Positions 21,092-33,385 of a stretch of DNA of 64,000 nucleotides are shown piece after piece. Under the pieces are notes generated by a model, which was not told where the DNA came from, did not search any database, and saw nothing but the letters and a program-made list of their open reading frames with translations. Position 1 is the first letter of the stretch, and each line of letters starts with the position of its first letter. Position numbers and translations under genes: made by a program. Location: the NCBI GenBank assembly GCA_052327205.1, contig CM126228.1, positions 20,150,001 to 20,214,000 of the forward strand. The letters are read 5' to 3'. Source of the DNA: Somniosus microcephalus (taxonomy: Eukaryota).

Positions 21092-21812
21092 GGGCCAGAA
21101 ATTCAGTGAGGCCCCGCCAGCTCGCTTGCGCCCAGAAGTTACCGCTGGGCGCGGAGCCACTCGCGCCTGTCGGATATTCAGTTTCAGCGCCCCAAGTCGA
21201 AGACGGCCGCTGTTCAAGGGTGTGGCCGCCCCCGCTTGGGGCGCTGAAACTGAATTTCGGTGCGCTAGTTGCCGCAGCGCCACCCGCTGCGGAGCGGCAG
21301 GCTGCGGTACTGCAGGCCTTCCTCCCTCTCTTAAGGGGGAGGTGCCTGCAACAGCGAGATCGCCGCTCGCTAGTGCCGACAAATGAGCCCGGCACCACGG
21401 AGAAGTGCCGGGCTCCCGGAAAACAGCCGGCAATGCCGCAGGGGGGTGCGTGGAGGAGGCCGGGGAAGGAGGTGCGGGCAGGCGGCCGCCGAAAAAGCGG
21501 CCGGCTGCACCTCCACCTTAACTCGCCCCACTAAGGCTGCAGTACGGCCCCGGTCTCTGAACGTTGTTTGCGGCCGCTACGGAAGAGGCGGCCGCTACTC
21601 AATATGGCAGTCACTACTCAATATGGCAGTCGGGCTGGTATCGGGGCGGTAGCGGGGCACTGCGCACGCCGATGACGTCATCGGCGGCGGCGCAGCGCTA
21701 CTGGCTAATGCCGCCATTACCGCAGCACTGAATATCGGCGCAACCTCATCAAGTGGCGCAAAAGCCCTCTTTGGGCGCAAACTGGGCGCAACGCCTACTG
21801 AATTTCTAGCCC
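21092..21812. mobile_element. GC/CpG-rich non-autonomous DNA transposon (PIF/Harbinger-type MITE, 721 bp)
   Basis: TIRs GGGC(C/T)AGAAATTCAGT at both ends with further subterminal matches (TTGCGCCCA/TGGGCGCAA); 3-bp TSD TGT (21089-21091 / 21813-21815). Confidence 0.88.
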
Positions 21813-21904
21813 TGTGTATTTTAACCAGCGGTACAGTTTTATGATGTTACACATTTTTTACCTAAATGTTAAGTACCTTGCATACAAAAATCATAACTAT
21901 AGCT

Positions 21905-22655
21905 GAGAGAGCATCGGGGGCGGGAGGAGCATTGGTTGGGGGGTGGGGGGGGGGTGGATGGTGGGCAGGATGGTGGGCACTAGACGGGACTCAGGAGCCA
22001 GAGGAGCGTCGGAGGCCGGAAGACCATTGAGGGGCGGGAGGTGGTCGGGACGTGGTCGGGACTTGGGAGCCAGTGGAGCATCAGGGGGCTGGAGGAGCAT
22101 TGGTGGGGGGAGTAGGATGGCGGTCAGGACTCGGGAGCCGGAGGAGCATCGGGGGGTGTTTGGGGGCTGGAAGAGCATCAGGGCTGGGAGGGGGGAGGAC
22201 AGGAAGGCGATCAGGAGCCGGGGTGGGGGCGTGGATCGGAGGGGTGGGGGGAAATCAGAGGCCTCATGGGGGGGAATCAGAGGCCTCGGGGGGGGGAGAG
22301 AGTGTCCAATCACGGCGGGTGGGTGAGGCAGGGACGCTGGATCCAGCAGGTAAGTGGAAAGGCACTTACCTCCCGGGTCCAGCAGTCCTCGCCTTACTTT
22401 AGTTGGTAGGTTCCCCGAGGCCCGGGAAACCCAACCAACCAGAGTTAAATTTGAAATGGTGGATCACCATGAGGCACATCAGCCTCATTATAATATTTAA
22501 ATGGTTGACACACCTCCTGGGAGCAGATTGGTTGTCCCCCCTGTCCCGCCTCCATTAAAACTAGAAGTGGGCGGGTTGGAGGCGAGTTGGGATTGGGATT
22601 CAGTTTTTTAAGACTTTAACCTCCCACACAACCCCAACCCTCAAAATTCCCCCCT
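21905..22655. mobile_element. G-rich degenerate minisatellite plus probable right end of another Harbinger-type non-autonomous element
   Basis: Imperfect GGAGCATCGGGG/GGACTCGGGAGCC units at 21905-22300; ends in AAAATTCCCCCC, resembling the TIRs of the other MITEs. Left TIR not found. Confidence 0.5.
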
Positions 22656-23260
22656 TTGTCTATCACATCATCTAATTAATCTTTTCTGAACTGTTTAATA
22701 TCTTATACTTTTATAAGGTCTCCTGCCAGCCACTACCCTTCAAGGGTTAAGATCCCTAGTTTCTCCAGTCTTTCCTTGTAACTCAATCCTGCAAGGGATC
22801 AACCTTGTGTCTCTTCTGTGAGAATGCTTAAGAGTTAACTTAGTGCATTGTAATTGTCAGCTGTATGCATGAATACTTATAAACAATCTTCAACCTTTCT
22901 CAGCTGATATCCATCTAGATTGACCTTTGCTAATCCTGCTGCACCATTTCCTAACCATGATCATTAATTCCTTTTGTGTTTCATTTGCAGCAGGTTACTG
23001 GATCAACCTGGATTAAGTAAATTAAGGCACTCCAGCAAATTTATCTGATACCTGTAACTTGTTTTGACTGGTGTCAGTTCCTACCTGCATGATAATGTTT
23101 CTTCACGCCCATTCTCATTTCTCACCTTGGCACTTGTCTTCAAGACTGGCATCTTGTTCTAGGTGACCTTCTGGGCTCTTACCCCTCAACGACTTCATGT
23201 GAGTTGGCATTCCATGACTTTGTCACACTCTGGACATTGGTGCTTTGCTCTTCCACTTCA

Positions 23261-23712
23261 AATCCAGGACAAAGCAGCCCACTTGATTGGCACCCCATCC
23301 ACCACCTTAAACATTCACTCCCTCCACCACCAGCGTACCGTGGCTGCAGTGTGTACCATCTACAAGATGCGCTGCAGCAACTCACCAAGACTTCTTCGGC
23401 AGCACCTCCCAAACCCGCGACCTCTTCCACCTAGAAGGACAAGGGCAGCAAACGCATGGGAACACCACCACCTCCAAGTTCCCCTTCAAGTCACATACCA
23501 TCCTGAATTAGAAGTATATCGCCGGTCCTTCATCGTCGCTGGGTCAAAATCCTGGAACTCCCTACCTAACAGCACTGTGGGAGTACCTTCACCACATGGA
23601 CTGCAGCGGTTCAAGAAGGCGGCTCACCACCACCTTCTCGAGGGCAATTAGGGATGGGCAATAAATGCTGGCCTTGCCAGTGACACCCAGATCCCATAAG
23701 CGAATAAAAAAA
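23261..23712 (+). mobile_element. 3' end of a non-LTR retrotransposon (CR1-group-like C-terminus, distinct from the common CR1 here)
   Basis: IQDKAAHLIG..STTLNIHSLHHQRTVAAVCTIYKM...RRSFIVAGSKSWNSLPNSTVG....LQRFKKAAHHHL*; A-rich tail; further copies at 3990 and 33290. Confidence 0.85.
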
Positions 23713-24254
23713 ATAGAGAACTTAACCATATCCTCACACCATTTATAATGATCCATTAATCTTCCTTTATGTCTTGTGAGCTCTCTGTCCATATATCACA
23801 GAAATGATGCACTCCACAGCTGTGCAGTCTCATTGTATGTTATTAATATCAGTTGTCACTGTTTACATAGTTCTGCATCATTCTTTCGCATAGTTCTGCA
23901 TCATTCTTTCAAGGTCCTTCTGATTGGCTGCTCAGCTTTGTGGCTCTTTAACATACTCAAACTTCCAGAAGAGCATCACGGTTGACGTGCCTGTGAATGC
24001 ATTTTTTTTTAAAGTAGGCAACATTTAAATTTAATTCCCACTTGAATGCACCTTTCCACAATGCAGCATTGGGAGTTCCTGCTGCAAGAAGTGCTGGAGA
24101 GAAGGATGGCCTGTTTTGGAGCAGAAGGGCACCATCTCTAGCATGATAGCAGGCCAGGTGGAAGTAGCAGGAAAAAGTGAAATATTGTCTGGCCAGTGAC
24201 CAGATCCTGAGAGCAGGTAAGGAAGAAATTTGCTGGTCTCCAAAAGATTGCCAA

Positions 24255-24362
24255 GGTCCGACGAAGGGTCACAGACCTGAAACGTTAACTCTGTTTCTCT
24301 CTCCACGGATGCTACTTGGCCTGCTGAGTGTTTCCAGCATTTTCTGTTATTTCACCTTTTGC
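24255..24362 (+). mobile_element. Short Penelope-like pLTR fragment (family A) with hammerhead motif (one core change, CCGACGA)
   Basis: CCGACGA-A-GGGTC-ACA-GACCT-GAAACGTT-AACT followed by the family A tail. Confidence 0.8.
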
Positions 24363-24705
24363 TTCATTTTACAATGTTGCTTTATAAATCACCTTTGCTA
24401 GTTTTTGCAATGTTGCATTTTTGAATAGCCACATAAGCATCCAACAACACGGTCTTCTAATCCAAATTCTTCCAGACAAAACTGTAAACAAGGTTATGCA
24501 TATAGAACAAGGCGTATTTAATAACTAGTAATAAAGATTCAAGTCAGCAACTGCAACAGTATTGCACTTTCTGCATCTCTCTTCCGCCATTGGAACCTTT
24601 TTGGGTTTTGCCTTATATGCCCAACTTCCACTTCTCCTTCCCCGTGGGTGAGAAAAGCCACCGCTGCAACTACTCACAGCTCAGTCCCTCAGGATCATTT
24701 ACACT

Positions 24706-25028
24706 TTCTTCTCTTCTTAGGCAGTCCCTCGGAACTGAGGATGACTTGCTTCCACATTAAAAATGAGTTCTCAGGTGACTGATGAGTCCAATGCAGGACC
24801 TACAGTCTCTGTCACAGGTGGGGCAGACGGTGGTTGAAGGGGCGGGTGGGTGGGGTGCTTGGGTTGACGTGCGCTCCTTGTGCTGCCTGCGCTTGGCTTC
24901 CGCTTGCTCCCGGCGAAGAGACTCGAGGTGTTCAGCGCCTTCCCGGATGCTTCTCCTCCACTTTGTGCGGTCTTGGGCCAGGGATTCCCAGGTGTCGATG
25001 AGGATGTTACACTTTTTCAAGGAGGCTT
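24706..25028 (-). mobile_element. RTE-clade (BovB-like) LINE 3' end
   Basis: KKCNI.IDTWESLAQDRTKWRRSIREGAEHLE..RR..AEAKRR..KER...VCPTCDRDCRSCIGLISHLRTH (WE.LA.DR..WR motif plus C2H2 finger), short 3'UTR and (AAG)n-type tail. Confidence 0.92.
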
Positions 25029-27687
25029 GAAAAATTACACTTTACAATGGATCTCAACAGCACGTCCCTGTAAGCTTAGTGGAACATCACCAAGGAAGAA
25101 TGCACAGCACACTGGCGACTGTTCACATACTTGTATGGTTTAGCACTTCACTCTGCGTCGCGGCCATGTTAATGTGTTCGCCCTGTGGCCCATGAAATGT
25201 GGCAAGGAACAAATGCCAATTAGACAAGCCAACACTGCTTGCTACATGTTCGCAGCCTCACATTAAGTGACTGATGGGAAAGGCCCTCTTCTGTCACGAG
25301 ATGAGGTACGAACTCTTCTTCTTCACCCATGACATTGACTCTTTACAGGCCAAAGCTACGGAAGGTGCATTAGGTTGCAATCATCTTGGATACCTAAGCA
25401 GGCCCGTACTGTGAACCTCCTTGGATTTTGTCCTTCCTCCTCTGGAATCGGCAGAGAGAGGGGAGTGGCCAGTGGGATAGTCATAAGTTCTGCTTCAACA
25501 GAGCTCAGTTATGATTTCCTCAACCAACAGCCACCTGCCATGGTTATTCATTGACTCCACTCCCCGCTTTAATGTCCGCTCAGTTATGCTTGCATTGCAT
25601 CAGTCGCTCCGAGGCTGTATACCTACCACCAGCGGTGGGTATAATGAGTCAACATACTGTCCTTCCATCTCTTAAACCTGGGGTTGAGTCAAGCTCAGAC
25701 TCTCAAATTGAAAGTCGGATTTCTCTGCTAATTACAACAATAACAACTTGCATTTATATAGCGCCTTTGACGTAGTACAACGACCCAACGTCCCACGTGA
25801 AATAAATTTGGAGAATCACAAGCCTGTTCCTAAAGACGGTGGATCCACAGCGCCAAACTGTCCACAGGTTAGTAGAAATTGGCAATCAAGTTGGTAAATT
25901 TCATTCAAAGGCCATTCAAATGACCTGTATGTTATGGAAAATTCACACTGGGGAAGTATGAAGTGCTTTTCTGAGGCAGAACAGCATGCATCCTCATGAG
26001 ACAGAATAAAGGGAGCTTTATGTTGCATATGGCTATTCTATACCTAACCTTGTAGTGCTGGGTGCCTGAAAATAAAGTGCATTATTCCCTAATTCTGTCA
26101 TCCCTCGCCTTGCTGAACACAAAAAATAATCAAAAAGGTACATTTTGCTCTCACTGTTTAGGGAGGATGGATATAATCGAAAAGGATAAAATTAGCCTTT
26201 TAACATTATTCTCTGCTACATCAAAATACCTTGCTCAAATGAAGAGTTCTATTTAAAATGCTAATGTGTTGTTCTCATTCAAATGGTGACTGCCTTGCTG
26301 TTTATTTCCAAAATGTCCTGTTTTTGTTCAAATAATTCAATCAATCAGTAGGGGATTCATTAGAGCAAGAAAACAGCAAGACTTAATGTGGCTGAACTGT
26401 TCAGGCAATGAAATTCTACAGACTTTCCCTAGCCTGACCTACATTTTCATTATCTGGTTTTTCAGTTTCATCAATGTTTTAACTAGATGGGCTTTAGAGA
26501 TTATTCTCCTCAATCACTGATGTCAATGGAAAACTAAGAAAAAGTGGCAGTCCAAAGCCCTCGATCTGCCTGAAGTCCCTAATTTTCTCAATCAACATAT
26601 ATGGCTGTGTACAATATTTAGATTTGGGTTCAGAGTTCTGTTTTGCTTAGGGTCTCGGCAACAAGCTAAACCCACTCCCATTGGAGGAGGTGAAAGAGCT
26701 GAGCCATTCCAATCTATATCAGTCTGCAAACATTGCCATAATTAAGAAACACTACATTATTAATCATATGACAACAGATGGTACATAACACTGACCATAG
26801 AAACTCGCCTGAAGACTCACATTAGGATAATAAGTGCCTTGGGATGTTTTACTATGTTAAAGGCACTGTATAATACAAATTGTTGTTGTTGTCATAGCAT
26901 GATATGGGGCAGAGAGTGGGTGAAGACAGTCAGGAATAAAGGATGTGTAGTGAAAAGGCACAGGAAACAAGAGAATAAAGATCCTACACTGTCGAATGGA
27001 TCATTTTAATGTATATACTTTACATTTTAAATATGAGATTCTGGAATATCAATAATTTCAGTACATTTAAATCCAATCAACAAGGAACGTCTACTTGATT
27101 ATCTTCCTGGAACGCCCAATCACTTCTTCTCTGGAAAATTTCAAAGATAATTCTGACCAGACGAGTATCTAGGATTTATGTTCAACTTAATAGTATAACC
27201 ACTTTATAATATTCAAGATAAATAGGCTGAGGAACATGGGTACGAAGCTAATAAGGACACATGAAGGCTTTCATGAATGCTTAATGTTCATAAAGCCAGT
27301 ACTAATGTTTGGCTAAGATTATTCTAGTTGAAGGTGTTACAACCAATGTATTTGACCCCTTCTAAGGCAAAGTATTTGACTATCTGATACTTACGGGCAC
27401 TGTGCCCAGGATGATAGACATCATATGCATATGTTAAGGAGGTGCCCAGCCACAGCCAAGTTCTCGGAGGATGTCTTTGATATCCCGAAGAGTATACTGA
27501 AGTACACATGACCACAAATTGCTGGAATAGCAATTACTGGAATAATGCCATTGCACAGTAAGCCTATAAATCATAAGAACTGCTTTAGCTAGGTTTAGTT
27601 CTAGTTTATATATATATATATATAAGCATTAGAAAGTAATGCAAATGTCTGCCACATAAAAAAGAATGGGAAAATATACAGCTTGAT

Positions 27688-27897
27688 TCCTAACGGTCTG
27701 CCTGAAACGGTGGTGGGAGCTGATTCCATCAATAATTTTAAAAGGGAGTCGGACAGGTACTTGAGGATGAGGAACTCACAGGGTGAGGGACACGAAGCGG
27801 GGATGAGGGGCTAAGCACGACTGCTCTTTCAAAGAGCCAGCACAGGCACGATGGGCCGAATGGCCTCCTTCTGTGCTGTAAGTTTGTATGATACAGT
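27688..27897 (+). mobile_element. CR1-like 3' end (second subfamily)
   Basis: CTGCCTGAAACGGTGGTGGGAGC...GGCACGATGGGCCGAATGGCCTCCTTCTGTGCTGTAA. Confidence 0.8.
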
Positions 27898-28999
27898 TTA
27901 GGCAGAACTGCTTTTGGTTTAAAAGGTTGCACAGATGTGCACAAGATCCCTTTAGGAATTTGTAGTAAAGGCCTTATAGTCATGATTGGTTCCATGAAAC
28001 AGCGTCACTGCTGGAAAGGAACAGAGAACATTTGTCCTCCTGCAACTTCCCATCAATTCTTTAGAAAAAATGTAACTCTCTTTCCAGTTAGTTATTTTTA
28101 CGTGTCATCTTTATTCCGTGAGAAATGGGTATTTGTCGGATTTTTTCTGTATTCATAATATCAAGATGACATCCATTTCAATGATGAGGAAGTGAAGTGA
28201 CTGCAATCCAGTGGGGTAATTTGTGGGGTTTCCTGTGGAGGACATCCGCTGACAAGCATTGCTATGAATGCAACTGGTCAGTGTCCAGATCAATCAGGAG
28301 CTGTCTCTTTTCTTTTATTAACTTGGTTCCCCCCACTCTCCCAAGAGTGTCTGTTGTTTGTGTAGAAAAACAGGAACAGAAGTAAACAAGAAAACTGAAA
28401 ATTAGGATAATATAAGCTTTGCAAACAGTTTACTTTTTGCAAACTTATTAGTACCAGTTTCCATAGCTACTGGGGCACATGAGGCCATGAAAACTTTTTT
28501 CTTTTACCAGCATAAGCACGCATGTAGTGTTTAAAATAATACCATATAATTGCATATGTACCTGGGAGAAATCTAATAATGGGATGGGTAATGCTATAAT
28601 TTATTTAGGAAGAACCTAGGATCAGCAGATTGGCTGCTGAAACAGAGATCTGAATTGGAATAAAGACAGAGAAAGCGGTTTTGTAAAAGGAATGGTTTCT
28701 CTTGAATATTATTCAAACCCAGCTTTATATATACATTGGTTAAATTGCATGCTCTGGCGGACTACTATCATAACCAGGGTGCTGACAATTCATCCAGAGC
28801 AGTATCCTTTTCACAGGCACGTTCACATCAGAGTGATTCAGTGTTGTTTACGCCACCAAGTTCATGCAATCTGTATGGGATCCACTTGAAGGCCCAATTA
28901 ATAGTTTCAGTAAGACAGAGTTAAAATTCAGATTGCATTGAGGGCTATATGTGGCCCTTCTTATGTGCTTCATCTCCTAGTATGACTGAGAGGCATTGA

Positions 29000-30470
29000 A
29001 TGTGGTAACTGGGCACTTAGAAAATCAGAATATGATTGGGCAGAGTCAACAAGGATTTATGAAAGGGAAGTCGTGTTTGACAAAGCTGAATTTTTTTGAG
29101 GTTGTAACTAGTAGGGTAGATAAGGGGGAACCAGCGGATGTAGTGTATTTAGATTAAGTGAGTGGGCAAGAACATGGCAGATGGAATATAATCTGGAGAA
29201 ATGTGAAGTTATCCACTTTCGTAGGAAAAATAGAAAAGCAGAATATTTTTTAAATGGTAAGAGACTGGGAAATGTTGGTATTCAGAGGGACCTGGGTGTC
29301 CTTGTACACGAATCACTGAAAGTTAACATGCAGGTACAGCAAGCAATTAGGAAAGCAAATGGTATGTCAGCCTTTATTACAAAAGGATTGGAGTATAGGA
29401 GTAAAGAAGTCTTACTACGATCATATAGGGCCTTGGTGAGACCACACCTGGAGTACGGTGTACAGTTTTGGTCTCCTAGGATATACTTGCCTTAGAGGGA
29501 GTGCAATGAAAAAAGAAAAAAAAGACTTGCATTTATATAGCGCCTTTCACGACCACCAGACATCTCGAAGCGCTTTACAGCCAATGAAGTACTTTTGAAG
29601 TGTAGTCACTGTTGTAATGTGGGAAACACGGCAGCCAATTTGCGCACAGCAAGCTCCCACAAACAGCAATGTGATAATGACCAGGTAATCTGTTTTTGTT
29701 ATGTTGGTTGAGGAATAAATATTGGCCAGGACACCGGGGATAACTCCCCTACTCTTATTCGAAATAGTGCCACGGGATCTTTTACGTCCACCTGAGAGAG
29801 CAGACGGGGCCTCAGTTTAACGTCTCATCTGGAAGACGGCACCTCCGACAGTGCAGCACTCCCTCAGCACTGCACTGGAGTGTCAGCCTAGCTTTATGTG
29901 CTCAAGTCCCTGGAGTGGGACTTGAACCCACAACCTTCTGACTCAGAGGTGATTGCGCTACCAACTGAGCCACAGCCGACACTAAGGTTCACTAGATTGA
30001 TTCCTGGGATCAAAGGGCTGTCCTATGAGGAGAGATTGAGTAGACTAGGCCTATATTCCCTAGAATTTAGAAGAACAAGAGGTGATCTCATTGAAACATA
30101 TAAAATTCTTAAGGGGCTTGACAGGGTAGATGCAGGGAGGATGTTTCCCCTGGCTGGGGAGTCTAGAACCAGGGGTCACAGTCTCTGAGTAAGGAGTCGG
30201 CCATTTAGGACTGAGATGAGGAGAAATTTCTTCACTGAAAGGGTTGTGAATCTTTGGAATTCTCTGCTCCAGAGGACTGTGAATGCTCAGTCGTTGGTTA
30301 TATTCAAGACAGAGACCGATAGATTTTTGGATACTAAGGGAACCAAGGGATATGGGGATAGTGCAGGAAGGTGGAGTTGAGTTAGAAGATCAGCCATGAT
30401 CTTATTGAATGGTGGAGCAGGTTCGAAGAGCTGAAAGGCCGACTCCTGCTCTCATTTCTTAAGTTCTTAC
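29000..30470 (+). mobile_element. CR1 LINE (RT C-terminal half, internally deleted) with a nested SINE
   Basis: ORFs 29181-29495 (MEYNLEKCEVIHF.RKN...QRDLGVLVHESLKV...[15 protein letters not shown]) and 29898-30188 (FTRLIPG.KGLSYEERL.RLGLYSLE.RR.RGDLIETYKIL); intact 3' tail. Confidence 0.93.
29509..29983 (-). mobile_element. SacSINE1-like Deu-domain SINE inserted in CR1
   Basis: Full-length reverse complement of 12468-12935. Confidence 0.9.
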
Positions 30471-30559
30471 ATTGCCACATCTGACTGTCCTAAACACATA
30501 TTGTAGGTACTCTAACTTTCTCTGAAACTTGAAAAAACACTGCACATAAGCAGGCATTT

Positions 30560-31656
30560 CATAAGAACATAAGAAATAGGAGCAGGAGTAGGCCATTTGG
30601 CCCCTTGAGTCTGCTCCACCATTCAATAAGATCATGGCTGATCTGATCTTGGCCTCAACTCCACTTTCCTGCCCGCTCCCCATAGCCCTTGACTCCCCTA
30701 CAGCTCAAATATCTGCCTAGCTCAGTCTTGAATATATTCAATGACTCCGCCTCCACAGCTCTCTGGGGTAGAGAATTCCAAAGAGTCACGACCCTCAGAG
30801 AAGAAATTCATCCTCATCTCTGTCTTAAATGGGTGCCCCCTTATCCTGAAACTATGTCCCCTAGTTCTAGATTCCCCCACGAGGGGAAGCATCCTCTCAG
30901 CATCTACCCTGTCAAGCCCCTTCAGAATCTTATATGTTTCAATAAGGTCACCTCTCATACTTTTAAACTCCAATGAGTATTGGCCCATCCTGCTCAACCT
31001 TTCTTCATAAGACAACCCTTTCATCTCAGGGATCAACCTAGTGAACCTTCTCTGAACTGCCTCCAATGCAGGTTCGAAGGGCTGAAAGGCCGACTCCTGC
31101 TCTTATTTCTTAAGTTCTTATGTTCTTATAATGCCACAATAAGGAGACCAAAACTGCACGCAGTACTCCAGGTGTGGTCTCACCAACGCCCTGTGCAGTT
31201 GTAGCAAAACTTCCCTACTTTTATACTCCATCCCCCTTTGCAATAAAGGCCAACATTCCATTTGCCTTCCTAATTACTTGCTGTACCTACATGTTAACTT
31301 TTTGTTTCATGTACGAGGACCCCCAGATCCCTCTGTACCGCAGCATTCTGTAGCCTCTCTCCATTTAAATAATATTTTGCTTTTCTATTCTTCCTACCAA
31401 AGTGGATAACCTCACAATTTCCCACATTATACTCCATCTGCCAAATGTTTGCCCACTCACTTACCCTATCTATATCCCTTTGCAGACTCTGTGTCCTCCT
31501 CACAACTTGCTTTCCCACCTATCTTTGTATCGTCAGCAAATTTGGCTACAGTACACTCGGTCCCTTCATCCAAGTCATTAATATAGATTGTAAATAATTG
31601 AGGCCCCTGCACTGATCCCTGTGGCACCCCACTAATTACAGTTTGCCAACCTGAAA
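30560..31656 (-). mobile_element. CR1 LINE, tail-to-tail with the previous copy
   Basis: Minus ORFs [39 protein letters not shown] (RT catalytic motif), LQRDIDR.SEWA..WQMEYN, and EAVQRRFTRLIP.MKGLSYEERL. Confidence 0.95.
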
Positions 31657-32185
31657 AGGCTGCATCATGTGTCACATATATACCCACACAATACACGGTG
31701 GTGCTTCGACTTTCAGAGGAACATGAAGCGCCCAACAGTAAGAAAAATGTTATACATAACTACTGGTACATCATCTAAAAGGTCAAACCTGCACTAGTAA
31801 ATCAGTATTAATATTGGCCCCAAGGAGTACAATGACATTTTGATGTCATAACATGTATGGGTTTGTGGGGGGTGGGTGTTACAGTGGCTCCAACATAACC
31901 TTAATCCACTGTTTGACCTCCCTCTGATTGTAGGGGGGAAAGTGACAGTGTAAAACCACTTGGACATATTGGATTTATACTGGGATTTTTTTGCCTTGTT
32001 TATGCCACTATGAGCAGGATGCAGTTTTGCCGTCACCTTTGCAATAAAGCCTTGCATTAAAGTAAAAACACCATATAACTCAGGAGTCAGATTAGCACTG
32101 TGAACTATAGGAGGACAAGTGATTTTGTACTATATCCTCCTGGTCTCTCCAATAATGTCCTAATATCCTTTAGGGAAGGAATAAT

Positions 32186-33178
32186 GGGGGCGAAATTCGG
32201 TATCACCCCGTTTGGGGCGCTAGTATTGGCGGTGCGCAAAGTTTAGCGCCAGGCGCAAATTATCGCCACCTCCTGTGAAATTGGGTACCTGCGCCCCTGA
32301 GGGTGATTGCGGCGCTAAATCAGGCGCTGCACGACAGTCTTAAGGCGCTAACCCAGCGGAGCGAGGCGCTATCTCACAGTGCTGGCGAAGCTCATGTGAT
32401 TTCAGTCAGCAATGGAACACAGACACACTGGCACCATCCAATTCTTAAAGGGGAGTTCTGACGAATGGTCATCGACCTGAAACGTTAAATCTGTTTCTCT
32501 CTTCACAGATGCTGCTTGACCTGCTGAGTTTCTCCTGCATTTTCTGTTTTTTTCTTAAAGGGGAGGGTTGATCTTGCCTTGCTCTCCATCCACATCCTGC
32601 TCATTGCAACCTTGAATCTCAGCCTGGAGAGACCTGTACATCTAATCTGCTGGAAAGAACAATGGAGAGAACCAGGGAAAGATCTCAAGAGTGCAGCCCC
32701 CACAGTCTCTTCTAATTCGATACAAGGAAGGGCAAATCAAAACCAACCTGCAAAACTCCTTCACACAGCGTGGAATCTCTCCAGAAGTCTCTCTCTCTCT
32801 CTCTCTCTCACAATGTGTGGTGCAAAAATGTCACCTTCAAAAAAGGCAGGAGGTGTTCCCCTTTAAATAGCGCTCCCTTAGTCCCTTTCAGACAGCATAA
32901 CGGTCCCCTCAACCAGTCATTGCTAGCGCCAGGCGGTAAGGCAGGGGGCGCCACTGAATTTCTGGACTGGGGCGTCCCAAGGGCGTTGCACTCTGGAATG
33001 ATGTCATGATCTGCGTGCGCCGGTGAGCGGGCGCTACGGTTTAGCGCCGGCGCTAAATGTCCGCTCAATTTGGGAAGAGGCACAGGGTTCGCTGCGCCCA
33101 GGCGCTAGTTGGTTAGCGCCCCACTTCTCGACCTCTTTAGGCGCTAATGGGTGGTGCAACCAACCGAATTTTTCCCCC
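32186..33178. mobile_element. GC-rich PIF/Harbinger-type non-autonomous element (993 bp including nested insert)
   Basis: TIRs GGGGG(CG/AA)AAATTCGGT; 3-bp TSD AAT (32183-32185 / 33179-33181); many GGCGCTA/TAGCGCC subterminal motifs. Confidence 0.87.
32456..32551 (+). mobile_element. 96-bp Penelope-like pLTR fragment with hammerhead motif, nested in the MITE
   Basis: 14-bp TSD TTCTTAAAGGGGAG (32442-32455 / 32552-32565); TT-CTGACGA-AT-GGTC-ATC-GACC-T-GAAACGTT. Confidence 0.88.
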
Positions 33179-33186
33179 AATATCTC

Positions 33187-33385
33187 TAATATCCTTTAGG
33201 GAAGGAAATCTGCCGTCCTTACCTGGTCTGGCCTATATGTGACTCCAGACCCACAGCAAGGTGGTTGACTCTTAACTGCCGTCTGAAGTGACGGCTCACC
33301 ACCACCTTCTCTAGGGCAATTAGGGATGGGCAATAAATGCTGGCCTTGCCAGCGACGCCCACATCCTAGGAACAAATAAAAAAAT
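33187..33385 (+). mobile_element. 5'-truncated SINE-like element sharing its tail with the 23261 LINE family
   Basis: A distinct body (CCTTTAGGGAAGGAAATCTGCCGTCCTTACCTGGTCTGGCC...) joined to the tail GGCTCACCACCACCTTCTC.AGGGCAATTAGGGATGGGCAATAAATGCTGGCC. Confidence 0.7.

Noticed and set aside
21092-21812. Possible CpG-island promoter of a second gene
   Set aside because: Bounded by 16-bp TIRs and a 3-bp TSD, so it is a transposon (same for 32186-33178).
20963-22402. Cluster of long overlapping ORFs (up to 156 aa) in GC-rich DNA
   Set aside because: They lie within a TIR/TSD-bounded MITE and a G-rich minisatellite; stop-codon scarcity from high GC, no recognisable domains.
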